Shown: positions 38,777-46,751 of the stretch, in pieces
Position numbering within the stretch: position 1 is the stretch's first letter
How the letters are laid out: every line of letters starts with the position of its first letter
Assembly: GCA_017616855.1 (NCBI GenBank)
Contig: JAFZXI010000077.1
Coordinates: forward strand, 6,710 to 70,709
DNA length: 64,000 nucleotides
Direction: 5' to 3'
DNA from: Clostridia bacterium
Lineage (GTDB): Bacteria; Bacillota; Clostridia; Oscillospirales; RGIG8002
Program-made: the position numbers and the translations under genes
Notes under the pieces: model-generated
The model's database searches: none
Told to the model about the DNA's origin: nothing
What the model saw: only the letters and a program-made list of their open reading frames with translations

Positions 38777-38918
38777 TATTTATCTCCGTGTTATTTGCTT
38801 TGGCAACGGTGCAGCCGTTGCTCTTCAGAAGCAGTATGCAGAGAATGATAGAAATAAACTCGAAAAAGCCGAATGCGGCGAAAAAGACTATAACATACAA
38901 CAAGACCGGCGCCGGCAT
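38679..38918 (-). CDS. possible small membrane protein overlapping the recD2 start
   Basis: ATG 38918 has AGAGGTGA upstream. The N-terminal 30 aa are strongly hydrophobic (MPAPVLLYVIVFFAAFGFFEFISIILCILLL). The last ~98 nt overlap recD2 in another frame, so the C-terminal part is doubtful. Confidence 0.25.
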   Translation of the reverse strand: MPAPVLLYVIVFFAAFGFFEFISIILCILLLKSNGCTVAKANNTEINNGNGDHQRDGQLGNIRKRAEPPHNTETADRRR

Positions 38919-38969
38919 AACATCACCTCTGTAATATTATACTCGGTACCGGTCGTTTGAGTGAGCCGT

Positions 38970-40142
38970 TTACTTGGCGAGCGCGAGGAGTTCGTCGACC
39001 TTGTCTGTCGCTTCCCAGCGGACGCCGAGGTCTTCGCGTCCCATGTGTCCGTATGCGGCGAGCTGAGCGTAGATCGGCTTGCGCAGGTCGAGCATTTTAA
39101 TTATTCCGTCGGGCGTGAAGTCGAACACCTTGCAGATGATTTCCGAGATCTTGTCGTCCGGTATCTTTCCGGTGCCGAAGGTGTCAACGAACACCGACAC
39201 GGGCTTCGCGACGCCTATCGCGTAGGCGAGCTCGATCTCGCACTTGGAGGCGAGGCCGGCTTTCACGACGTTCTTTGCGGCGTAGCGGGCGGCATAGGAT
39301 GCGCTGCGGTCGACCTTGGTCGGATCCTTACCGGAGAAGGCGCCGCCGCCGTGTCTGGCGTAGCCGCCGTAGGTGTCGACGATGATCTTTCTGCCGGTCA
39401 GGCCGGAGTCGCCGACCGGTCCGCCGACGACGAAACGTCCGGTGGGATTGATGAGTATGCGCGTTTTATCGTCAATCAGCCCCGCGGGAATCGTGGGCTT
39501 AATTACGTTTTCGATTATGCCCCGGCGGAGCGTATCGAGCGAGACGTCGGCGGTGTGCTGAGAAGAAACGACGACGGTGTCGATACGTGAGGGCTTACCG
39601 TCGACGTATTCAACGGTGACCTGGGTTTTTCCGTCGGGGAAGAGGTAGGGCAGAACGCCTTCCTTTCTCGCGGCGGTGAGCTTCTTGGCGAGCTTGTGCG
39701 CGAGGGAGATCGCGAGCGGCATAAGCTCAGGTGTTTCGTCGCAGGCGAAACCGAACATAATGCCCTGGTCGCCGGCGCCTCCGCCGAAGTTTTCGCTTTC
39801 GGATTTATCCTCGAGGGACTTGTTTACGCCCATGGCGATATCGGGAGACTGCTCGTCTATCGAAGTAACGACAGCGCAGGTGTCGGCGTCAAAGCCGCAT
39901 GCGCTCGTATATCCGATATCACGAAGTGCCTTTCTGACGATACCGGGTATATCGGCATAGGATTTGGTAGTGATTTCGCCCATAACGCTGACGATGCCGG
40001 TGGTTACCGTGGTTTCGCAGGCAACTCTGGCGGTGGGGTCGTTGGCGATTATCGCGTCGAGAACGGAATCCGATATACGGTCGCAGACCTTATCGGGATG
40101 CCCCTCGGTTACGGATTCACTTGTGAATAGATACTTGCTCAT
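38970..40142 (-). CDS. metK: S-adenosylmethionine synthase
   Basis: Near-canonical MetK sequence (…[16 protein letters not shown]…, [16 protein letters not shown]…). Confidence 0.97.
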   Translation of the reverse strand: MSKYLFTSESVTEGHPDKVCDRISDSVLDAIIANDPTARVACETTVTTGIVSVMGEITTKSYADIPGIVRKALRDIGYTSACGFDADTCAVVTSIDEQSPDIAMGVNKSLEDKSESENFGGGAGDQGIMFGFACDETPELMPLAISLAHKLAKKLTAARKEGVLPYLFPDGKTQVTVEYVDGKPSRIDTVVVSSQHTADVSLDTLRRGIIENVIKPTIPAGLIDDKTRILINPTGRFVVGGPVGDSGLTGRKIIVDTYGGYARHGGGAFSGKDPTKVDRSASYAARYAAKNVVKAGLASKCEIELAYAIGVAKPVSVFVDTFGTGKIPDDKISEIICKVFDFTPDGIIKMLDLRKPIYAQLAAYGHMGREDLGVRWEATDKVDELLALAK

Positions 40143-40192
40143 AATGGTTCCTCCTGTATGTAAAATTGATATATTGTGGTATCCAACTAAAT

Positions 40193-40221
40193 ATAATACA
40201 ACTTATTGCGTACAATGTCAA
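40193..40221 (-). promoter_or_regulatory. sigma-A-type promoter for metK
   Basis: Minus strand reads TTGACA, 17 nt, then TATTAT. The leader is too short for a SAM riboswitch. Confidence 0.55.
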
Positions 40222-40222
40222 G

Positions 40223-40708
40223 TTAAAAAATACCTGCGACTCCGTAAGTGATGCAAGTTACCACGACGCCCGCTACGAGCACGCCGACGATAACGGCGAG
40301 AAGCGCCTTCCGGAAGCGTATACCGAGGAAGTTCGCGACGAGCGAGCCGGTCCATGCGCCGGTTCCGGGAAGCGGTATCGCAACGAAAAGCGCAAGTCCC
40401 AAAAATGACAGATTCTCGCGTTTTTCCGACTTGACTTCCGCGCGGCGTTCCGCCCAAAGCGCCATTTTGCGAGTAAGCTTGAAGCGCTTGAGCCACTCGA
40501 TGATTTTATGAATAAAGAGCAGTATAAACGGCGCGGGTATCAGGTTTCCGACAATGGATATCAAAAATGACTGCCAGAACGGAAGCCCGAGTACGCACCC
40601 GAGCGGTATCGCCCCGCGCAGCTCTATGATGGGAATCATTGAGCAGAAAAAGACTGCGAGCTGCGGCGGGAACGTTTGTGTAAAAAAGGTTTTGATTGCT
40701 TCTATCAA
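40223..40708 (-). CDS. small polytopic membrane protein (COG2426 / 'small multidrug export'-like family)
   Basis: TTG start with GAGGTG upstream. 161 aa, ~4 TM, family-typical …IPIIELRGAIPLG… and …AIPLPGTGAWTGSL… segments. Lies 22 nt downstream of ribU. Confidence 0.65.
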   Translation of the reverse strand: MIEAIKTFFTQTFPPQLAVFFCSMIPIIELRGAIPLGCVLGLPFWQSFLISIVGNLIPAPFILLFIHKIIEWLKRFKLTRKMALWAERRAEVKSEKRENLSFLGLALFVAIPLPGTGAWTGSLVANFLGIRFRKALLAVIVGVLVAGVVVTCITYGVAGIF

Positions 40709-40730
40709 GATTACACCTCGCGGTTATCCG

Positions 40731-41285
40731 TCAATCGTACGTTCCGACTTTTCGGAGTATCATAATGACGGGTTTGAAAAGAAGTCCGGTAACGGCGGCG
40801 TTGATGCCGAACTTTACGAGATTGAAGGGGATTATCGGGAAGGGGAGCAGCGTCACGACGATAGCGCGGTCGAGTCCGGTGTAAATGGGGGTAAAGATAT
40901 AGTTCATCGGCACCATGACGGCGGTCGCAATCAAAACTGCGGCTCCGAGGCCGATTATCGCGAACGGCAACGTCTTCCTGCGCTTGTAAATCAGTCCGCA
41001 AACGAGCGCGGCAGTGCCTGTTGCGACAATGTGCATTATTATTCCGAGGTTGAAGCCGCTGACCAAAAGCCCCTGCACGAGAGAAACCACAACGGTCAGA
41101 ACGACGGACCAGATCGGTGAAATCGCAAGCGAGCAGATGAATATCATTATATCCGCAGGATCGTATTCGAGATACGGCGCGGACGGAAATATCGGGATAT
41201 GAACCAGGTATACGAGAACGATCGAAATCGCGGCGAACATCGCCAGGATTACTACGGTTTGCAGGTCGAGCTTTGTTTTTTTCAT
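40731..41285 (-). CDS. ribU: ECF-transporter S component, riboflavin-specific (RibU-like)
   Basis: Start set at MKKTKLDL (GGAGGG upstream). ~6 TM, 184 aa. Specificity is inferred from the FMN riboswitch immediately upstream. Confidence 0.8.
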   Translation of the reverse strand: MKKTKLDLQTVVILAMFAAISIVLVYLVHIPIFPSAPYLEYDPADIMIFICSLAISPIWSVVLTVVVSLVQGLLVSGFNLGIIMHIVATGTAALVCGLIYKRRKTLPFAIIGLGAAVLIATAVMVPMNYIFTPIYTGLDRAIVVTLLPFPIIPFNLVKFGINAAVTGLLFKPVIMILRKVGTYD

Positions 41286-41302
41286 TTCGAGTCCCTCCAC
41301 AT

Positions 41303-41331
41303 AAAGAAATGCCCACGCAAACCGGGGCATT
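41303..41331 (-). terminator. expression-platform terminator of the FMN riboswitch
   Basis: Minus strand reads AATGCCCC-ggtttgcgt-GGGCATT followed by TCTTTAT. Confidence 0.65.
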
Positions 41332-41349
41332 ACTTAAGCGGAGAAAACC

Positions 41350-41486
41350 AAATCTTTTCTCGTCCGGACTAAGACCGAAAAGGTCAATACCGTCGGTCAC
41401 GGAATCACACCGTGTCGGCTCCGGGAAGCGCCGGAGTTAGCGGACTTTTACCGCCGGTGGGGAATCTCACCCCGCCCCAAAGATTT
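41350..41486 (-). promoter_or_regulatory. FMN riboswitch (RFN element) aptamer
   Basis: Minus strand reads AAATCTTTGGGGCGGGGTGAGATTCCCCACCGGCGGTAAAAGTCCGC…GGTGTGATTCCGTGACCGACGGTA…AGTCCGGACGAGAAAAGATTT. This matches the conserved RFN blocks, and P1 is closed by AAATCTTT/AAAGATTT. Confidence 0.88.
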
Positions 41487-41579
41487 ACAATGACAGTATA
41501 TTACCGCGCCGCCGAAATGTCAATAGAAAACGCCAAAATGTGCTATTTTTGATTTTTTTATTAAAATATCAAATTACTC

Positions 41580-41608
41580 TTGCAAATTATTTAAGCGGAA
41601 GATATAAT
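41580..41608 (+). promoter_or_regulatory. sigma-A-type promoter for yajC
   Basis: TTGCAA, 17 nt, then TATAAT. Confidence 0.55.
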
Positions 41609-41654
41609 AATAACATATGGTATTTAATGCCGAAAACCGTATTTGGAGGTTCAA

Positions 41655-42056
41655 ATGAAAAAGGTAATCATACTCATACTCACGTTCGCAATGCTTTTGC
41701 TCGGTCTGACCGGCTGCTTCGGCTACGGGGCGCAGCAGCAGCAAGCTGCGACGGGTTCGCAGGCGCAGGCGCAGACGGTTTCGTGGACCAGCTACCTGAC
41801 GCTGCTTATTCCCGTGGTCTTCATCGTTCTTATGTGGCTGTTCCTCATCAGGCCGCAGAGAAAGAAGGAAAAGAAAGCCAAGGAAATGCTCAAGTCGCTG
41901 ACGGTCGGCGATGAGGTCGTTACCATAAGCGGCGTCGTCGGCAGGATCGTTCAGGTCAAGGACGACGGCTTCGTTATAGAGTCCGGTGTCGACCGCACCA
42001 AGTTCAGAGTCAAGAGATGGGCGGTCCAGGAGAAGATAGTTCACGAGAGCAACTGA
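41655..42056 (+). CDS. yajC: preprotein translocase subunit YajC, with N-terminal signal/lipobox-like extension
   Basis: YajC core (…LIPVVFIVLMWLFLIRPQRKKEKKAKEMLKSLTVGDEVVTISGVVGRIV…). Start set at ATG 41655 (GGAGGT upstream). An extra N-terminal MKKVIILILTFAMLLLGLTGC plus a Q/A-rich linker precedes the core. Confidence 0.85.
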   Translation: MKKVIILILTFAMLLLGLTGCFGYGAQQQQAATGSQAQAQTVSWTSYLTLLIPVVFIVLMWLFLIRPQRKKEKKAKEMLKSLTVGDEVVTISGVVGRIVQVKDDGFVIESGVDRTKFRVKRWAVQEKIVHESN

Positions 42057-42111
42057 CGCTTAGGATAAGCCGTCATTATTTGTCCGCTTCCCGAATATAC
42101 ATATTCCGGAG

Positions 42112-42513
42112 GTGGACCGAATGGACGGAAAAAAGAAAGGGCTGTTTTCTGCTTTCGGGCTGAAAACGGTTTTGAAAGGCGTTTTGGCGGGGCTGATTGT
42201 AACCGCTCTGCTGTTGTTGCTTTTTGCGGGAGTAATGCTTTGGTTTTCGCTTCCGCTCGCGTGGGAATCCGTTTTGACGTACGCGGCGACTGCCGCGGGA
42301 GCGTTCGCCGGCGGCTTCGTCAGCGGCGTTCTGGCGCGTGAAAAGGGATTGAAGTTCGGTGCCGTTACAGGCGCGCTGATGTTTGCGGTCGCGTTTCTGA
42401 CGGGACTTATAGCGGGACGCGGCGTTCCGGCAGTCGGAGCGATTGCGATTTCCGCGGGAATATCCGTCGGCTTTGCCGCTTTGGGCGGCGCCGTCGGAGT
42501 AAACAAAAAATAA
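42112..42513 (+). CDS. small membrane protein (TIGR04086/YrzE-like)
   Basis: 133 aa, 4 Gly/Ala-rich TM segments, located next to yajC. The family assignment is from memory of the sequence pattern, not a search. Confidence 0.55.
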   Translation: MDRMDGKKKGLFSAFGLKTVLKGVLAGLIVTALLLLLFAGVMLWFSLPLAWESVLTYAATAAGAFAGGFVSGVLAREKGLKFGAVTGALMFAVAFLTGLIAGRGVPAVGAIAISAGISVGFAALGGAVGVNKK

Positions 42514-42540
42514 GAAAATCAAATAAAGGAGAAGATCAAA

Positions 42541-42684
42541 ATGAAGCGCATTAAGACGATTTCCGAGGGCACCCTCAAGAAAAACCGCGATAACCGCGGC
42601 TGCGGCGAGTGCCAGACTTCCTGCCAGTCCGCCTGCAAGACCTCCTGCACGGTCGGCAATCAGAAGTGCGAAAACGCGAAATAA
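42541..42684 (+). CDS. scfA: SCIFF (six-cysteines-in-forty-five) ribosomal peptide precursor
   Basis: Too short for the ORF track. Sequence is MKRIKTISEGTLKKNRDNRGCGECQTSCQSACKTSCTVGNQKCENAK (47 aa, 6 Cys, canonical GCGECQTSCQSACKTSCTVGNQ core). AAAGGAGA RBS. Lies directly upstream of its maturase. Confidence 0.92.
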   Translation: MKRIKTISEGTLKKNRDNRGCGECQTSCQSACKTSCTVGNQKCENAK

Positions 42685-42694
42685 GAACGCGAGA

Positions 42695-42735
42695 GGGCAT
42701 CGCCGGTCGACCGGCGGTGCCCGTTTCGGTTTTTC
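42695..42735 (+). terminator. intrinsic terminator/attenuator between precursor and maturase
   Basis: 14-bp stem GGGCATCGCCGGTC/GACCGGCGGTGCCC (one G-U) followed by GTTTCGGTTTTT. Confidence 0.65.
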
Positions 42736-42794
42736 GCAATATCAGTAACGATACGGCGTGCGCCGACCGGCGTTTCGTCCGTATTTAGCTATGG

Positions 42795-44174
42795 GTGATA
42801 GTTTTGGTACATACCTTCAGACAAAACGGAATCAATATCGCGCTTGACGTGGAAAGCGGCGCCGTTCATCTTCCGGACGACGTTTCGTTTGCCGTGCTTG
42901 CGGCGTTCCCGGACAAGCTCCCGACGGCAGACGAAGCAGTCGCCGCGCTCGGCGCCGAATACGGCGAAAATGCGGTACGCGAGGCGGCCGCGGAGATAAA
43001 AGAACTCGCGGACGACGACATGCTGTACACCTCCGCCGAAGTAATTCCGACGCCTGTTTATTCTTCGCTTATGCCGGTCAAGGCGATGTGCCTGCACGTC
43101 GCGCACGACTGCAATCTGCGCTGCGGTTACTGCTTTGCTTCGCAGGGCGATTATCACGGCGCGCGCGGGATAATGCCGCCGGAGACAGGGAAGAAGGCAA
43201 TCGATTTTATCGCCGCCGCTTCGAAAGGGCGCAAAAACATCGAAATCGATTTCTTCGGCGGTGAGCCGACGATGGCGATGCGAACCGTAAAAGAAACCGT
43301 CGCATACGCCAGAAGCATAGAAAAAGACAGCGGAAAGAATTTCCGCTTTACTATAACGACTAACGGGTTGCTTTTGAACGACGATAACATCGACTTCATA
43401 AACGCCGAGATGAGCAACGTCGTGCTCTCGCTTGACGGAAGGCGGATTGTCAACGATAATATGCGCAAATGTGTTGACGGATCCGGCTCGTATGATATCA
43501 TCGTTCCTAAGTTCAAAAAGCTGCTTGAAAAGCGCGGAAGCGACAAAAGCTACTACCTGCGCGGCACGTTCACGCGCGAGAACCTTGACTTTGCCTCCGA
43601 CTTTGAGCACATCTACGGACTCGGATTCGACGAGATCTCGATAGAGCCGGTCACGGCGACGCCGGACAAACCTTACGCGCTGCGCGACGAAGATCTGCCG
43701 CGTATCGCCGAGGAGTACGAAAAGCTGACGAATATCATACTCAAATTGCGCTCGGAAGGCAAAAAGGTCAACTTCTTCCATTTCATGGTCGACCTTGACG
43801 GCGGCCCATGCGCCGTCAAACGCCTGAAGGGCTGCGGCGCGGGCAACGAATACGTCGCCGTTGCTCCCGACGGAAGCATCTATCCCTGCCACCAGTTCGT
43901 CGGCATGGAGGAATACAGAATCGGCTCGCTCGACGAAGGCATCATCCGCGACGATATACGCCGCGTTTTCGCGCAGTCGAGCATAATGTCCAAGCCCGCC
44001 TGCAAGGATTGCTTCGCGAAATACAACTGCAGCGGCGGCTGTGCCGCGGGTAATATTTTCTACGGCGGCGGTATTGACTCGCCCAACACTCAGGCGTGCT
44101 TCATGCAGAAAAAGCGCCTTGAATGCGCTCTCGTGCTGAAAGCGGCGGAGTCGGGCGCTCACGTCGAGTTTTGA
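42795..44174 (+). CDS. scfB: radical SAM/SPASM thioether-forming SCIFF peptide maturase
   Basis: CNLRCGYC radical-SAM cluster motif, C-terminal SPASM Cys clusters (CGAGNEY…PCHQF…CKDCFAKYNCSGGCAA) and adjacency to the SCIFF precursor. GTG start. Confidence 0.9.
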   Translation: MIVLVHTFRQNGINIALDVESGAVHLPDDVSFAVLAAFPDKLPTADEAVAALGAEYGENAVREAAAEIKELADDDMLYTSAEVIPTPVYSSLMPVKAMCLHVAHDCNLRCGYCFASQGDYHGARGIMPPETGKKAIDFIAAASKGRKNIEIDFFGGEPTMAMRTVKETVAYARSIEKDSGKNFRFTITTNGLLLNDDNIDFINAEMSNVVLSLDGRRIVNDNMRKCVDGSGSYDIIVPKFKKLLEKRGSDKSYYLRGTFTRENLDFASDFEHIYGLGFDEISIEPVTATPDKPYALRDEDLPRIAEEYEKLTNIILKLRSEGKKVNFFHFMVDLDGGPCAVKRLKGCGAGNEYVAVAPDGSIYPCHQFVGMEEYRIGSLDEGIIRDDIRRVFAQSSIMSKPACKDCFAKYNCSGGCAAGNIFYGGGIDSPNTQACFMQKKRLECALVLKAAESGAHVEF

Positions 44175-44189
44175 TTTGAGGTAACGGAT

Positions 44190-44987
44190 ATGAGAAAAAT
44201 CGGATTTATCGGCTGCGGCAATATGGCGTCCGCGATGATAGGCGGACTCTTGAAAACCGGCTATTCTCCGGCGCTTATAAACGTATTCGACATCGATGCG
44301 GAAAAAGCCGCCGCTTTCGCGGAAAAGGGCGCGCTCGTACGCGCTGACGAAATCGACGTCGCGAAAAACAGCGACGTAGTCGTTCTCGCCGTCAAACCGC
44401 AAGTGATGAAGACGTTGCTCGAAAAGCTCGGTCGTGCGAATGAAAACGCCGTCTACGTCAGCATAGCTGCCGGCGTCAGCACCGCGAGCGTCAAGCGCTT
44501 CCTCGGGTACGACGCAAAGGTCGTGCGCGTGATGCCGAATACCTCGCTGCTTATGGGACTCGGCGCGACGGCGATCTCGCATTCGGCGCCTGTCAGTGGT
44601 GAAGAATTCGGGTTCGTGAAGGGACTTTTCACATCCGGCGGCATCGTTGAAGAGGTCGGGGAAGATATGATGAACGCCGTTATCAGCGTCAACGGCAGCA
44701 GTCCCGCTTACGTCTATTACCTCGCGAAAGCCGTCGTCGACGGCGCGGAAAAGCAGGGAATAGACCGCGAGACCGCGCTTCGCCTGTTTACGAAGGTGCT
44801 CGAAGGCGGCGCGAAGATGCTGACCGATTCCGGGCTCACGCCGGAAGAACTTATCGACCGCGTCTGTTCCAAAGGCGGCACGACGATCGAAGCGATAAAC
44901 GTCTTCGACGTGCGCGGCGTGGAAGACGCAGTCGTCGAGGGTATGGAGGCGTGCACGAAACGCGCCTGCGAGCTCGACTTGAAATAA
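44190..44987 (+). CDS. proC: pyrroline-5-carboxylate reductase
   Basis: N-terminal Rossmann motif (IGFIGCGNMASAMIGG) and the C-terminal P5CR dimerisation-domain motif (SKGGTT). Confidence 0.92.
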   Translation: MRKIGFIGCGNMASAMIGGLLKTGYSPALINVFDIDAEKAAAFAEKGALVRADEIDVAKNSDVVVLAVKPQVMKTLLEKLGRANENAVYVSIAAGVSTASVKRFLGYDAKVVRVMPNTSLLMGLGATAISHSAPVSGEEFGFVKGLFTSGGIVEEVGEDMMNAVISVNGSSPAYVYYLAKAVVDGAEKQGIDRETALRLFTKVLEGGAKMLTDSGLTPEELIDRVCSKGGTTIEAINVFDVRGVEDAVVEGMEACTKRACELDLK

Positions 44988-45040
44988 CAGTAATACTTTT
45001 GCTTGTCCCGTCATAACCATTATCGAAGGTGGGACATGCA

Positions 45041-45682
45041 ATGAAAAGGAAATTACCGCAAATAATCTTCACGCCCCGTGTCGGGCGCCGCAAAAACGCT
45101 AAAGACAAGCCCTTCGCGCGCTATCTTACTAACGGATACTTTCTGTTTCTGGCGGGGATAATCCTCGGCTGCATCGTCAGCATATTCGCAAAGCTGCCGG
45201 CGTTCATCGGAGGGAGCACACGGCTTACCGCGATACTTTCAAAAACACAGGAGTTTGATTTCGGCGGATACCTTTTCGAGTGCTTCGCGATCTGCATGAC
45301 CTCCGTCGCGATAGTGTTCGTGCTCGGTTTTACGGCCGCTGCGGCGCCGGTTATATACGCTGTTCCCGTGTTTCGCGGAATCGGCTTCGGGGTTATGATG
45401 ACTGAGATATACTCCGCGTTTGATCTGAAAGGCGCGCTGATCTGTCTCGTCGCGGTTATTCCTTACGCGGCGGTAACGGTAGTGTCGATATGCGTTCTCT
45501 CAATGGACGCGGTGCTGATTTCCGCCTCGCTCACACGCTTCTTATTCGCCGGCGACGTTTCCGGAGTCAACGGAACGCGCCTGCGCGCGTATTTTGTTAA
45601 ACTAATAATCTCATCTGCGGCCGCGGCGCTCGGCACCTTCGTTCATTGCGCGGGGGTGAAACTGCTGTTGCCGGTGATGTGA
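45041..45682 (+). CDS. polytopic membrane protein (possibly SpoIIM/DUF95-like)
   Basis: Start set at MKRKLPQ (AAGGTGGG upstream). 4-5 TM. The resemblance to SpoIIM is topology and size only, and I do not see its conserved motif. Confidence 0.45.
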   Translation: MKRKLPQIIFTPRVGRRKNAKDKPFARYLTNGYFLFLAGIILGCIVSIFAKLPAFIGGSTRLTAILSKTQEFDFGGYLFECFAICMTSVAIVFVLGFTAAAAPVIYAVPVFRGIGFGVMMTEIYSAFDLKGALICLVAVIPYAAVTVVSICVLSMDAVLISASLTRFLFAGDVSGVNGTRLRAYFVKLIISSAAAALGTFVHCAGVKLLLPVM

Positions 45683-45694
45683 AAGGACGTTAAA

Positions 45695-46531
45695 ATGGGA
45701 CTTCTCGGCAGATACTATGACCAGACCCGCGAGGGCAAAGGCGTTTCAAAAAGCGACCGCCGCGATAAAGGACTGTTCAACTTCTTCGACGTTTACACCA
45801 CGAACTTCTGGAAGCTGACTCTCCTTGCGCTTATTTGGCTGCTTTTCAGTTTGCCCGTCGTGACGATGCCCGCTGCGACCTGCGGTTTCGTCTACGTCAT
45901 ACGCAACATGGTGCGCAAAAAGGGCGTGTTCCTTTGGAGCGACTTTGTCGACACGTTCACGAAGTATTTCTGGAAATCTCTGCCGCTCGGGATCGCAGAT
46001 CTGGTCGTATATGCGCTTTCGTATATAGCGGCGCGGTGGTACGGAATCATGGGCGGACTTTTCCCGTTTGAAGAGGGACAGTTCGCGCAGGTCAATATGT
46101 TTTATCTCATCGGGTTCGGAGTCGTGTTCGCTTTTGCGGCGCTCTACACGATGATGCGTATGTATTCGTATATGCAGCTCGTTTCATTTGAATTCGGATA
46201 TTTCCAGATACTCAAAAACTCTTTCTATCTCGCTTGCCTCGGGTTTTTGAGAAACTTTTTCGTAATATTTATCCGCGCTTTCATCGTAGTTATCCTCTGG
46301 TATATCGCGACGATAGGGAATACGGTCGGTTTCGGTATCGTGATAGTTATTACCCCGCTGCTCGTCATCGGTTTCCGCGGCTATCTTATCAACTATAACG
46401 CCTTTGCGGTGATTTATAAGTACATCGTCGGCCCCTACGAAGAAGAGCAGGCCCAACTAAAAAAAGATGCCGGCGAAGAGACGGAAGAGTCCGAGCCGAT
46501 ATTTACGGACACCGGCAAAAGAGAAGAATAA
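45695..46531 (+). CDS. DUF624/YesL family membrane protein
   Basis: Typical YesL N-terminus (…FNFFDVYTTNFWKLTLLALIWLLFSLPVVTMPAATCGFVYVIRNMVR…) and multiple TM helices. Confidence 0.7.
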   Translation: MGLLGRYYDQTREGKGVSKSDRRDKGLFNFFDVYTTNFWKLTLLALIWLLFSLPVVTMPAATCGFVYVIRNMVRKKGVFLWSDFVDTFTKYFWKSLPLGIADLVVYALSYIAARWYGIMGGLFPFEEGQFAQVNMFYLIGFGVVFAFAALYTMMRMYSYMQLVSFEFGYFQILKNSFYLACLGFLRNFFVIFIRAFIVVILWYIATIGNTVGFGIVIVITPLLVIGFRGYLINYNAFAVIYKYIVGPYEEEQAQLKKDAGEETEESEPIFTDTGKREE

Positions 46532-46556
46532 CGACGCGGGCAGTACCTGCTTTCGC

Positions 46557-46589
46557 GGCGCTCTCCGTGCGGAGGGCGCCTTTTCTTTT
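46557..46589 (+). terminator. rho-independent terminator
   Basis: GGCGCTCTCCG-tg-CGGAGGGCGCC followed by TTTTCTTTT. Confidence 0.65.
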
Positions 46590-46751
46590 GAACGCGTCAA
46601 AAAAGCGCGTAAAACCGCGCATAATTCTTTAAAATATCTTGCTTTTTTCTGATTAGTATTGTAAAATTAATCTGTAATATCGTTCAGAAGTCGTTTTCGG
46701 CTCTGCTCGAGATATAATGAATCAGCAAACAACATAAAAGGAGATACGTTT

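Noticed and set aside
40143-40222. SAM riboswitch upstream of metK.
   Set aside because: The intergenic region is only 80 nt and is occupied by a promoter and an RBS. No S-box conserved blocks are present.
42789-45041. 750-aa ORF on the minus strand.
   Set aside because: It is antisense to the SCIFF maturase and proC, both of which have clear motifs. It spans two unrelated genes and their intergenic RBS, so it is an artefact.
17920-46681. Shared motif ATCTGTAATATC upstream of two dockerin genes (17922-17933 and 46670-46681), with weaker look-alikes before 20045 and 49010.
   Set aside because: Exact 12-mer matches are expected on the order of 10^2 times by chance in 64 kb (about 64,000^2/4^12). 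The distance to the start codon also differs greatly (about 10 nt versus about 70 nt). I do not consider it supported as a regulatory site without more genomes.
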